DNA of 64,000 bases from Myxococcales bacterium (GCA_047601445.1 JASGJH010000001.1:3776001-3840000), one strand, 5' to 3'. Positions 15,454 through 24,302 are shown, counted from the first letter of the stretch. Numbers and translations: made by a program. The notes: generated from the sequence alone by a model not told the origin.

Positions 15454-16292
15454 GAGCTTGCTCCGTGCTGAGTGTTGAAGTGAGCGCGTTGCCGCTTGGC
15501 CATCCAGGTGTTGATCTCTGCCAAATCGGCCACGGGGAGTTTGCTGAAAGGGGCCTCGTGGAGGTAACCGTCGGGTCCGAACTCGGGCGTCATGGTCAGC
15601 ACGCGCAGCCCGCGTCGCTGCGCGCTCTGCCAGATCGCGCTCCACCAGCGCTCGTGCTGAGAGAGCTCGGCGGCATACTCGGGCGCGCGCGGGTCGGGCA
15701 CCTGGGGGCCCTGCGCGTAGCCGACGCGTGCGTGCACGTGGCGGGCTCGCTCGATGGCCGGCTGCAGCGCCTCTGGGTCGTCCACCAAGCGCTCACACAC
15801 CACGCACCAATGGCTAAAGTCGCAAGTGAGCTGGAGCGCGGGCAACGCGCGCAGCAGCTCGCGTGTGCTCCACGGGTTGAAGGTCGGGCGCCCGCGGTGA
15901 GTCTCGAAGGTCACCTCGGCGCCGGCCGAGGCCGACAGCTCGAGCACGCGGCCGAAGTAGTCGATGCACTGGGCGAGGGGCCAGCTATCCGAGCCGGTCA
16001 GGCAATTCACCAGGAAGGCACCCGCCGCGAGCGCGCTGTCGAGCTGCCGCTCGAACTGCTCGAGGTGTTCGGCCTCCGGCACGCGCGAAGCTGGGGCGTA
16101 GTCGCCGCCGGTACAGACCTCGCCGAGGAAAGGCATGCCGTCATCGGAGAGCCGCGTGCGCAGCGCCCGACACGCCGTGGCGTCGCGCGGGGCAGGCCCC
16201 TCCACGCCGTCGAAGCACCCATGAGCGGCCTGTGCGATGCACGCCTCGAGGGAGCCGAAGGTCCAGGCGCTCGCCATGATCAGGAGCTTCAT
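15450..16292 (-). CDS. Sugar phosphate isomerase/epimerase-like TIM-barrel protein
   Basis: Metal-binding motifs FETHRGR, TCDFSHW, HVHARVG, TPEFGP; ATGA overlaps on both sides. Confidence 0.85.
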   Translation of the reverse strand: MKLLIMASAWTFGSLEACIAQAAHGCFDGVEGPAPRDATACRALRTRLSDDGMPFLGEVCTGGDYAPASRVPEAEHLEQFERQLDSALAAGAFLVNCLTGSDSWPLAQCIDYFGRVLELSASAGAEVTFETHRGRPTFNPWSTRELLRALPALQLTCDFSHWCVVCERLVDDPEALQPAIERARHVHARVGYAQGPQVPDPRAPEYAAELSQHERWWSAIWQSAQRRGLRVLTMTPEFGPDGYLHEAPFSKLPVADLAEINTWMAKRQRAHFNTQHGASS

Positions 16293-17377
16293 GGGCGCGC
16301 CACCTTGTCGTGGGCGCGGTCGCGACCAAAGGACGACAGCCCAAGCGCGCTGCGAGGTAGCTCGAACTCGCCGCGCTCCATGAGCCGCGTGAAGTACCCG
16401 AAGCTCTGCGCGGTCTGCGCCAGGATGTGCTCGCCCATGATCACGGGCTGGTAACCCGAGCGCTCGTGGAGCGGCGCGAAGCCGGGCAATGGCTCAATGA
16501 CGGTCTGGTAGTCGAGGCTGAAGAACAGCGGAAACGAGTAGCGCTCCTCGGGCACCGGGCGCACGCGATGGGCGGTCGACGCGTAGTGGCCGTTGGTCAG
16601 CACCTCGAGCATGTCGCCGAGATTCACCACGAAGGCCCCAGGGCGCGGGGGTGCATCGATCCAGCGGCCCTCGTCGTTCATAACCTCGAGCCCTGGCGTA
16701 GTCGCCTGCAAGATGGTGAAGACCTCGTAGTCCGTGTGCGAGCCGATGCCCATGCCGCGCTCCGAAGGCTCGCGCGCGGGGTAGTGGAGCAAGCGCAACT
16801 GCGACGGCGGCTTCACCAGCTGGGCCTCGAAATGGTTTTCGGCGAGCCCCAGCGCGAGAGCAAAGCCGCGCAGGAGCCGTCGACCGAGCGCCACCACCTC
16901 GGCGTAGTAGGCGCTGACCACGCGCCGAAACTCGGGCAGCTCCGCAGGCCACACGTTGGGACCGAGCAGGCGATTTCCCGCCAGGTACTCCGGGTCGTCC
17001 GCAGGCAGATCGAGCGAGAGGTCGAAGCCTTCCTTGCTGTCCTTGCTCTGGCCGTAGAAGACCTCTTCGCCGGGCGGCACGTAGCCGCGGTGGTTGCGTG
17101 AGAGGCCGATGTAGTAGCTGTGCTTGACCGCGCTCGGCAGCGCGAAGAACGCGGCGGCCTGGGCCAACAGCGCGCGCGACACGTCGCTGTGCACACCGTG
17201 GTTCGTGACGTAGAGAAAGCCCGCCGTGCGCGCGGCCGCATCGAGCTGCGCAGCCACTGCATGGCGCTCGGCCAGCACGGGGGACGCGAGCCCCGCGAGG
17301 TCCACCAGAGGAATGGCGTCGAAGCGTCCGCGCTTGACCTGCGTTTCGTGCAGATTGCCTTGCGATTGCTTGTTCAC
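16289..17377 (-). CDS. Isopenicillin N synthase family 2OG-Fe(II) oxygenase
   Basis: IPLVDL, GFLYVTNHGV, LRLLHYP, HTD facial triad, NLGDMLE, HRV, RYS 2OG-binding motif. Confidence 0.92.
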   Translation of the reverse strand: MNKQSQGNLHETQVKRGRFDAIPLVDLAGLASPVLAERHAVAAQLDAAARTAGFLYVTNHGVHSDVSRALLAQAAAFFALPSAVKHSYYIGLSRNHRGYVPPGEEVFYGQSKDSKEGFDLSLDLPADDPEYLAGNRLLGPNVWPAELPEFRRVVSAYYAEVVALGRRLLRGFALALGLAENHFEAQLVKPPSQLRLLHYPAREPSERGMGIGSHTDYEVFTILQATTPGLEVMNDEGRWIDAPPRPGAFVVNLGDMLEVLTNGHYASTAHRVRPVPEERYSFPLFFSLDYQTVIEPLPGFAPLHERSGYQPVIMGEHILAQTAQSFGYFTRLMERGEFELPRSALGLSSFGRDRAHDKVARP

Positions 17378-17557
17378 TCTCGACTCTCCCGACGCCAGCG
17401 TTGCAGCGCCCTCGAGTCATCCATTACCGCTTTCCGCGTGCGTCAGACCTTGCGGCGGGCGACAGAGATCTTGTAGATCACGACAGTGCCTCGCAGTTCT
17501 TCGAGCCCGGCATCGCCAGCACGCAACACGGCACACACACGCAAAGGCCGCGAGCCG

Positions 17558-18604
17558 ATGATCGGGTCGCGGGCCACGCTCGGATTACTCGAGTACCTGG
17601 GCGAAGTGGGCTGCGATGCGGCGCCGCTGTTGCGGCGTACGGAGCTCGCGGCTTCACTGTTCGCGGAGCCGGAAGCGCTGCTTCCATTGGCTCGGTTCGT
17701 CCGCTTTTTGGAGCTGTGCGCACAGGCCAGCGGGGACGATTGCTTCGGCGCCCACTACGCGTCGCACTACCCCATTCGCAACACCGGATTGGCCGGCTAT
17801 GCCACCATCGGCAGTACGACGCTGGGCAGCGGCTGCAACGCCGTGGCCCGCTACTACGCACTCCTGGCCGACGCCACCGAGCTCACGCTCACCACGCACG
17901 GCCCGCGGGCACGCCTCTCCTACACGCTCACCGATAGCTCCATTTGGCCCCGACGACAGGACGCGGAGTGCATGCTCACGGTGCTGCTCGGTTGGCTGCG
18001 CGACGCGCTCGGCGCTGCCTGGTCGCCCGAGGAGGTGTGGTTCGAACATGCCAAGCCAAGCGGCGCGCGCGCGCTCATGCGCATCTACCGCTGTCCCATG
18101 CACTTCGACATGCCGTGCAACGCCCTGTTCTTCCCGCGCAGCTTGCTCGAGCGTCGCCTGCACAGCGAGCATCCCGACTTGGCCGGCTTGATCGAGCCCT
18201 ACCTCGAGGAGCTGCTGCGCCAAAAGGCGCAGCCCGCGCAGGTAGACCAGGCCGTCATCAAGCACATCAAGAGCTCACTGAGCCACAGTCCCGCCTCGCT
18301 CGCCGAGGCAGCGCGCGATCAAGGCGTCGGCGCGCGGACGCTACAACGTCGACTGCGCGCTCACGGGCAGTCGTATCAGAAGTTGGTGGATCGCGCGCGC
18401 TACGAGTCCAGTCTGGCCTACTTGGCCGATCGCTCTCTGAGCATCGGCGAGGTGGCGTGCAAGCTGGGATACGCCGACGTGACGGCGTTCAATCGCGCCT
18501 TTCGACGCTGGACAGGGCAGGCGCCGTCACACTATCGGCGCGTGGTCGCCGCAGCACCGACCGCCTGCAGTCAGCCGGAACGCCGAGCCGCTCAGCCGAA
18601 GTGA
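17558..18604 (+). CDS. AraC-family regulator (Arabinose_bd_2 N-domain)
   Basis: RTLQRRL, SIGEVACKLGYADVTAFNRAFRRWTG; divergent from the oxygenase operon. Confidence 0.92.
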   Translation: MIGSRATLGLLEYLGEVGCDAAPLLRRTELAASLFAEPEALLPLARFVRFLELCAQASGDDCFGAHYASHYPIRNTGLAGYATIGSTTLGSGCNAVARYYALLADATELTLTTHGPRARLSYTLTDSSIWPRRQDAECMLTVLLGWLRDALGAAWSPEEVWFEHAKPSGARALMRIYRCPMHFDMPCNALFFPRSLLERRLHSEHPDLAGLIEPYLEELLRQKAQPAQVDQAVIKHIKSSLSHSPASLAEAARDQGVGARTLQRRLRAHGQSYQKLVDRARYESSLAYLADRSLSIGEVACKLGYADVTAFNRAFRRWTGQAPSHYRRVVAAAPTACSQPERRAAQPK

Positions 18605-19572
18605 TAGGCCGAAAACGGCAGCCCAAACAGCTCTCCACTGTACGGCACGCTGCCCTGGTCGCTCCCGGCGGCGCCGGCGATCACCATCATTGGCAGCAGG
18701 TGCTCCTCGCGCGGGTGAGCCATACGGGCCGAGGGAGCGCTGGCCCATGCGACGAGGCGCTCATTGCGCTGGGCCTCGGGTGCAGTGCCCGTCTCCTGCA
18801 GCCAGCGATCGAAGGCCTCGGCATGGGGACGCGCACCGCGCGGATCGCGGAAGGCGCCCATGTTGTGGAAGCTCATGCCGCTCCCCACGATGAACACCCC
18901 CTGGTCGCGCAGCGGCGCGAGAGCACGACCCATCGCCAGGTGCTCGGCGGGATCGAGCCCCGCCTTGAGCGAGAGCTGAACGGTCGGCACGTCCGCGTCC
19001 GGATACGCGAGCTTGAGCGGCACGAAGGTGCCATGGTCGTAGCCGCGCTTTTCGTCGGCGGCCGTGGCGAAGCCCGCGCCTTCGAGCAACTTACGCACCT
19101 CGCCGGCGAGGGCGGGCGCGCCGGGGGCAGGCCACTGCACGCTGTAGGACTCGGGCGGAAAGCCGTAGTAGTCGTAGAGCATGGGCGGCGCCGCGGAAGT
19201 GGTCACGCTAGGCACGCGCTCTTCCCAGTGGGCCGAGATCACGAGCAGCGCCTTGGGCGCGCTCTTGGGCAGGCGACTCAAGGAGCGCAGGTAGCCGGAG
19301 AGCGAATCGAGCTCGTGCTGGGGAAAGCCCAGATTCACGAAGGGCCAAGGCCCGCCGCCGTGCGGCAAGTACACAACTGGCATGCGCTGTTGGACTGCGG
19401 AACCCATGGCGTCGCCTTTCTCGGGAGAAGACTGCGGGTGTGACGTGGATCGGGAAGCGGACGCGCCGGGCCCAGCTCCCTCGCTGCAGCCGGCGAGCCC
19501 GCCCAAAGCAGCGACCCCGACCAGGCCTGCAAGCAGCGCTTCACGCCGCCCTTTGTCACACTCGTCTCGCAT
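18592..19572 (-). CDS. Class III extradiol ring-cleavage dioxygenase (LigB / DODA-like)
   Basis: HGGGP, VISAHWE, YDYYGFP, DHGTFVPL, GSGMSFHN, AHPREEHLLP; start uncertain (19572 gives a Tat/lipobox leader, an internal ATG near 19408 does not). Confidence 0.9.
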   Translation of the reverse strand: MRDECDKGRREALLAGLVGVAALGGLAGCSEGAGPGASASRSTSHPQSSPEKGDAMGSAVQQRMPVVYLPHGGGPWPFVNLGFPQHELDSLSGYLRSLSRLPKSAPKALLVISAHWEERVPSVTTSAAPPMLYDYYGFPPESYSVQWPAPGAPALAGEVRKLLEGAGFATAADEKRGYDHGTFVPLKLAYPDADVPTVQLSLKAGLDPAEHLAMGRALAPLRDQGVFIVGSGMSFHNMGAFRDPRGARPHAEAFDRWLQETGTAPEAQRNERLVAWASAPSARMAHPREEHLLPMMVIAGAAGSDQGSVPYSGELFGLPFSAYHFG

Positions 19573-19701
19573 TCGGCCACCCACTATGGCCACTCCCGAC
19601 GGGCTTGGGAAGTCCCCCGCAGAGCGCCGGCAACGCAGCGCTCTGCCCCGTGCCAGCCTTGCGCCAGCAAGGCGAGGCCGTAGTCCTGCCCGGTCCTTGC
19701 T

Positions 19702-20385
19702 CTAGCGAGTGAGCACTTCCACCTCGTCGCTGCGCCCGACCAGCACCCGACTCGCCTCGTCGAGGAACAACCCATGCCCGAGGAGACCCGGTATCTCGCT
19801 TAGCTTGTTGGCGACCTCGCGAGGACGCTCGAGCGCGCCGAAGGCACAGTCGATCACGTGGTTGTGCTGGTCCGTGAGGTAGGGCCTGCCGTCGGGCTGG
19901 GCGCGCAGGCTCGGCACGCAGCCCAGGTTGCACAGGGCGCGCAACACCACGGGCGTGGCGAAGGGCAGCACCTCCACGGGTAGCGGAAACGCGCCCAGCA
20001 CGTCCACGAGCTTCGACGAGTCCACCACGATGACGGTCTGACGAGCCGCGAAGGCCACGACCTTTTCGCGCAACAATGCCCCTCCCCCGCCCTTGACCAG
20101 GCGCAGCTGCGGGTCGACCTCGTCCGCACCGTCGATGGTCAAATCGAGCTCACTCCCGTGCTCGAAGTCCGACACGTGGATGCCCAGTTGCGTGGCCAGA
20201 GCCTCGGTGGCGCGCGAGGCGGACACCACGCGCACCCGGAGGCCTAGTGTCACGCGTTGCGCGAGCGCGCGCACGACGTGGTTCACGCTGCTCCCGCTGC
20301 CCAGGCCCAGCGCCATACCGTCCGCCACCAGCGCCACCGCGGCCTCGGCGGCGCGCTGCTTCTCCCGTTCTCGATCCGTCGTCAT
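19702..20385 (-). CDS. rpiA: Ribose-5-phosphate isomerase A
   Basis: GLGSGSS, IDGADEVD, KGGGGALLREK, PLPVEV, TDQHNHVID. Confidence 0.95.
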   Translation of the reverse strand: MTTDREREKQRAAEAAVALVADGMALGLGSGSSVNHVVRALAQRVTLGLRVRVVSASRATEALATQLGIHVSDFEHGSELDLTIDGADEVDPQLRLVKGGGGALLREKVVAFAARQTVIVVDSSKLVDVLGAFPLPVEVLPFATPVVLRALCNLGCVPSLRAQPDGRPYLTDQHNHVIDCAFGALERPREVANKLSEIPGLLGHGLFLDEASRVLVGRSDEVEVLTR

Positions 20386-20401
20386 ACGATACCCTTGGCA
20401 C

Positions 20402-21490
20402 ATGAAGCGTTGGTTACTGCTCGGATTGCTGTGCTCGTGCGTGTGGATCGGTGGAATTGTCGAGGTTCAGGCCCAGTCGAACGCAGACGCGGGGGTGGCG
20501 CCAGTGGAGGCCCCCTCCGCTCCCCCTCCCCAGGAAGCCGTGACCCACCGCTCCCATGCCGTGGCCGGCGGTCAGAATCGAGTCGACGTCGGTTTTCACG
20601 TGAATGCCCTGCGCGAGGTGGACGCCCATGCTCAAACCTTCCGGGCCGACCTGTTCTTCTGGCTAATCTACCACCGGCGTACGCCCGGGCTGGTCGACGA
20701 GGAGCTCGAGGAAATCCGCTTCACCAACGGAGACGTGGAGTCGATGGAGCTGGAGGAGCGCAAGGCCCTAGGCGACGACAACTACGTGCTGTATCGGGTC
20801 CGCGCGCAGTTTCATTTTCAGGCCAACTTCCGTCGCTATCCCTTCGATGTGCAGGAGCTGCCCATCGAGGTGCAACACGGCTATCTGCGCTCCGACCAGC
20901 TGGCGATTCACGTGGACCACCCCTCGTACGCCCGTTCGACCGGGCCCCAACACCTCCGCGCCCTGGGCGAGGGCGTCGGCCTGGCGGACATGGTGGTCAG
21001 AGAAGTGCGCCATGAAGAGCTCCAGCGCACCTACCACACCGACTTCGGCGACAGCACGGACCCCGTGGGGTCCACCACGGTCTCGAGCTATCGCATGGTC
21101 ATCGTAGCGGCGCGCGAGGTCTGGCCTTTCTTGATCAAGATCGTGATCCCGCTACTGATCATCCAGATGCTCGCCTATCTGGTGTTCTTCGTGGCGGCCG
21201 ACCGCATCGACGTGGCCGTGGGGCTCACCGTCACGTCGCTCTTGGCCAGCATCGCCTTCCAAATCGCGCTCGCCGACAGCTTGCCCGACATCGGCTACCT
21301 CACGACGGCCGATCGCATCTTCCACCTGTCTTACTTCCTGATCATGGTGGCGATGGGGCAGATGGTCTACGCGTACAACCTATTCACCGCGAACGAGGTG
21401 GAGCGCGCACGCAAGCTCGACATGGCGGGCCGCATCCTGTACCCGCTGGTGTTCTTCGTGGGCGTGGCCCTGATCTGCTGGCGCTTGTGA
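20402..21490 (+). CDS. Prokaryotic pentameric ligand-gated ion channel (GLIC/ELIC-like)
   Basis: Signal peptide; beta-rich ectodomain with Pro-loop RYPFDVQ; M1 KIVIPLLII; M2 DVAVGLTVTSLLASIAFQ; M2-M3 LPDIGYLT; four TM helices. Confidence 0.85.
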   Translation: MKRWLLLGLLCSCVWIGGIVEVQAQSNADAGVAPVEAPSAPPPQEAVTHRSHAVAGGQNRVDVGFHVNALREVDAHAQTFRADLFFWLIYHRRTPGLVDEELEEIRFTNGDVESMELEERKALGDDNYVLYRVRAQFHFQANFRRYPFDVQELPIEVQHGYLRSDQLAIHVDHPSYARSTGPQHLRALGEGVGLADMVVREVRHEELQRTYHTDFGDSTDPVGSTTVSSYRMVIVAAREVWPFLIKIVIPLLIIQMLAYLVFFVAADRIDVAVGLTVTSLLASIAFQIALADSLPDIGYLTTADRIFHLSYFLIMVAMGQMVYAYNLFTANEVERARKLDMAGRILYPLVFFVGVALICWRL

Positions 21491-21494
21491 GGGA

Positions 21495-21745
21495 GCCCCT
21501 GGTAGCGGAGCGCGGACCGCTTCCCTCTGGCTGGCCGAGAGTCGCGCCGTGAGGCAAGCGCCACGCCGTGGGGACGGTCATGGGATTGCTTCTAGTCTTG
21601 GTGCGCAAGGCGCGCAGGAAGCGCGCAGGCTCAGTCTCCGTCGGATCGTTCGCTGATAGGGTCCACCGGTCTCGCTTCGCTTCCAGGCGAGGCGCGCCAA
21701 GACTCGGCGCCAGAGGGAAGCCGTCCGCGCTCCGCTACCAGGGGC
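21495..21745 (+). repeat. Structured repeat element copy 1 (MITE/REP-like or ncRNA), 37-bp terminal inverted repeats
   Basis: 21495-21531 vs 21709-21745 are reverse complements with 1 mismatch; core shared with copy 2. Confidence 0.85.
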
Positions 21746-21759
21746 CTTGTGTGTTCTCT

Positions 21760-22065
21760 CTAAGGATGCTCGAGCGTTCTCATGTGCTCACTCTGGATCA
21801 CTCGAGTGATTCCACGGTCGCCCGAGTTTGCTCAAGTGTCCTCAGGGGTTCACCGTAGTTCGCTCGAGTGTTCTCGCGTGGACGCCCAGGTTCATTTCGC
21901 TGGGCTCATCTGGACCAGTGGGTCCACGCGGGCTCACCTGGACCAGAGAGTCCATTCGAGCGCACTCGCCAAGTGTCCACACGAGCGCACTCGAGCCAAG
22001 AGATCACTGGAGTAGACGCGAGCCAAGAGATCACGCGAGCCAACTCGAGCCCAAATGTGGACACA
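21760..22065. repeat. Degenerate tandem array of CTCGAG-like motifs
   Basis: RCTC(G/A)AGYG units at 21768, 21800, 21830, 21862; doubled GGGCTCAYCTGGACCAG, CGAGCGCACTCG and CGAGCCAAGAGATCAC. Confidence 0.6.
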
Positions 22066-22068
22066 GTG

Positions 22069-22316
22069 GCCTCTGGCAGGAGCGGGGCGGCGGGTCGTCT
22101 GGCGCCGAGTCTTGGCGCGCCCCGACTGGAAGCGAAGCGAGACCGGTGGCCCCTGTCAGCGGCCGATACGACGGAGACTGAGCCTGCGCGCTTCCTGCGC
22201 GCCTTGCGCACCACGACTGGAAGCGACCCCATGACCGTCCCCACCGCGCGCAAGCACGCCCGATGGCGCGACTCTCGGCCAGCCAGACGACCCGCCGCCC
22301 CGCTCCTGCCAGAGGC
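22069..22316 (-). repeat. Structured repeat element copy 2 (inverted relative to copy 1), 35-bp perfect terminal inverted repeats
   Basis: 22069-22103 vs 22282-22316 are perfect reverse complements; reverse complement aligns with copy 1. Confidence 0.85.
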
Positions 22317-22337
22317 TACGGGGGGCCTCGAACGGGC

Positions 22338-23705
22338 TCAGTAGACGTACGGAATGATGCGGTAGGGCACGCGCTCGCTGTAGCGCTTCCAGTCCGCACC
22401 GTACTTCTCGGCGCAGTGGTGGTCGTCGCGGCGTTCGCGGTCGATCAGGAGCGGGGCGAAGTACAGGAAGTAGAAGTACGGCACGATGTGCGAGAAGCCG
22501 CAGGCGAGGCACCAGGCGAGCGCCATCATCAGGTCGCCCAGGTAGTTGCAGTGCCGCGCCAGGCCCCACCAGCCCGCCGCGAGCAGGCGGGTACCACGCT
22601 GGGTCTGGATGAACTCGGGCTCGCGACCCCAGATCTTGGCGCCAGGCACAGTCTTGAAGCGGTGCTTCTGTAGGTTCGCCGAGCGGAAAATGTAGTAGCC
22701 AGCGAAGTTGAGCAGCACGAGGCCGACCACTGCGAGCCCCGACAAGGCGGGCGCGCCGTACACGAGATACTGAGCTTGAAGTGAGAAGTTGAAGGGCATC
22801 CAGACCACGAAGCCGAACGCGAGCATGAAGCCGTAGTTCTCGTAGTTGATGTCCCAGGTGGAAAGCATGGCTTCCTCGAACCAGAAGAAGTCGACCACGT
22901 AGGCGAGCTGAAACAGGCAGACCACGATCATGGCCAGCGAGAGTGCGCCTTCGCGCTCGTACTCCGCGTGGGCCATCAGGAACGTGAGCACGATCCAGGT
23001 GGTCATGCCGATCTTCGACTCGAAGAACATCTTGAGGTCGAGCTTGCCGATGCGCGGATTCAGGGACGTGCCCATGAAGTAGTCGTAGGCGACCTTGTCT
23101 AGGCTCGCGGCCTGGCTGGCCTCGAGCGCCAGGCTGCCGTCCGGCTGCATCACCACGTGCGCGTTCGCCTCGGGCTCCTCCGGCGGGCGATAGCGCTTGC
23201 CGTAGATGTAGAGAAACGCGCTGAGCAAGTAGGCAAACAGAATGGAGGTCACGAGCAGCGGGCCGAGCTGGTCGAGCACCGCGCTGCCGCGCAGCACGCC
23301 CGTGGCGAGCAGCCCGGCGAGGAGTGCCAGCGTGACGAGCAACGAGAAGAAGCCGTTCAGGCGATACACGAGGCGTCGACCGTCGCGCTGGGGCAAGCCC
23401 TTGTAGGCGCGTCCGGGCAGGTAGAGATTGAGGGCCAGCTGGAAGGTCACCCAGGCCACCACCCAAAACACGGAAGCCGCGGTGGGTAGGGGAAACTCGG
23501 CCAAGAGGCGCGCGCTCGGTAGCACCAGGGCGCCCCCGTGCATGTGCACGCAGATCCAGAGGTACACACTCAAGATCGGCAGGAGCACCATCATGGCCGT
23601 GGCGCCGATGGGCCCACCGAAAGCGAGCCGCTCTTCCCCTGGCTTGGCTTCGCTCGCGACCGCGCTGGCGGCGGCCGTACTCGAACCCTCACGAACTTCG
23701 TTCAT
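22338..23705 (-). CDS. ERG4/ERG24-family sterol reductase (Delta14-sterol reductase / DHCR7-like)
   Basis: FGGPIGA, YDYFMGTSLNPRIGKLDLKMFFE, STWDINYENYGFMLAFG, FRSANLQKHRF, GWWGLARHCNYLGD, RDDHHCAEKYG, VPYRIIPYVY. Confidence 0.93.
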   Translation of the reverse strand: MNEVREGSSTAAASAVASEAKPGEERLAFGGPIGATAMMVLLPILSVYLWICVHMHGGALVLPSARLLAEFPLPTAASVFWVVAWVTFQLALNLYLPGRAYKGLPQRDGRRLVYRLNGFFSLLVTLALLAGLLATGVLRGSAVLDQLGPLLVTSILFAYLLSAFLYIYGKRYRPPEEPEANAHVVMQPDGSLALEASQAASLDKVAYDYFMGTSLNPRIGKLDLKMFFESKIGMTTWIVLTFLMAHAEYEREGALSLAMIVVCLFQLAYVVDFFWFEEAMLSTWDINYENYGFMLAFGFVVWMPFNFSLQAQYLVYGAPALSGLAVVGLVLLNFAGYYIFRSANLQKHRFKTVPGAKIWGREPEFIQTQRGTRLLAAGWWGLARHCNYLGDLMMALAWCLACGFSHIVPYFYFLYFAPLLIDRERRDDHHCAEKYGADWKRYSERVPYRIIPYVY

Positions 23706-23891
23706 CGAGCCCCATCCTCGACGCGCTGGCACGAGGCCCCGCAGGGGCCCGACTCGGGCGCGTTCCGGGCCGAGAATGGCGCACGAGCGCGGGCGGCGCC
23801 AGTGTCGCGTGATTGGCGAAATTACGCGAAAAATCTCGGCGTGCACTGCTCACTTGGAGCGGGGCACAGGGGGCGGCCCCATACTCCCTGG

Positions 23892-24299
23892 GTGCCCGTG
23901 CGGACCAAGCGCTGGAACGATCCTGTGGACCCGGACGACGGCCTGCGCATCCTGATCTGCCGTTTCCGACCGCGCGGGGTGAGCGCGAGCGAAGCCACCT
24001 GGTCGGCTTGGTGCCCTGCTCTGGCGCCGAGCAAGCGCCTGCATGCCGACGCCTACGGGAAAGCGGGCGCCCCGATCGCCTTCGAGGAGTACGAGCGGCG
24101 CTTCCTGGGCGAGATGCGCGCGCAGCAGTTTTGGCTCGACGGCTTCGCCAAGAACCTGGTCGCGGGGGAGACCATCACGCTGCTGTGCTCCTCGGCCTGC
24201 GTGGACGAAGCGCGCTGCCATCGCAGGCTCGTCAGACGACTGTTGGAGGAGGCGGCGCGCAAGCTGGGCGAACCTGCGGTCAGCGTGATCCGACGCTGA
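23892..24299 (+). CDS. DUF488 family protein
   Basis: DDGLRILICRFRPRGV, LAPSKRL, FEEYERRF, TITLLCS...CHR. Confidence 0.85.
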   Translation: MPVRTKRWNDPVDPDDGLRILICRFRPRGVSASEATWSAWCPALAPSKRLHADAYGKAGAPIAFEEYERRFLGEMRAQQFWLDGFAKNLVAGETITLLCSSACVDEARCHRRLVRRLLEEAARKLGEPAVSVIRR

Positions 24300-24302
24300 G
24301 CG

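Noticed and set aside
17378..17557. Guanidine or other riboswitch before the oxygenase/SBP operon
   Set aside because: No recognisable consensus; the region looks like an ordinary AraC divergent promoter
21568..22253. Two similar small ORFs (VRKARRKRAGSVSV) within the inverted elements
   Set aside because: The differences I checked between copies are mostly non-synonymous; the similarity is explained by the DNA repeat
21495..22316. CRISPR array, retron or IS as explanation of the repeats
   Set aside because: No identical repeats with unique spacers, no cas, reverse transcriptase, transposase or recombinase gene in the window, and no target-site duplication; a partner acting in trans cannot be excluded
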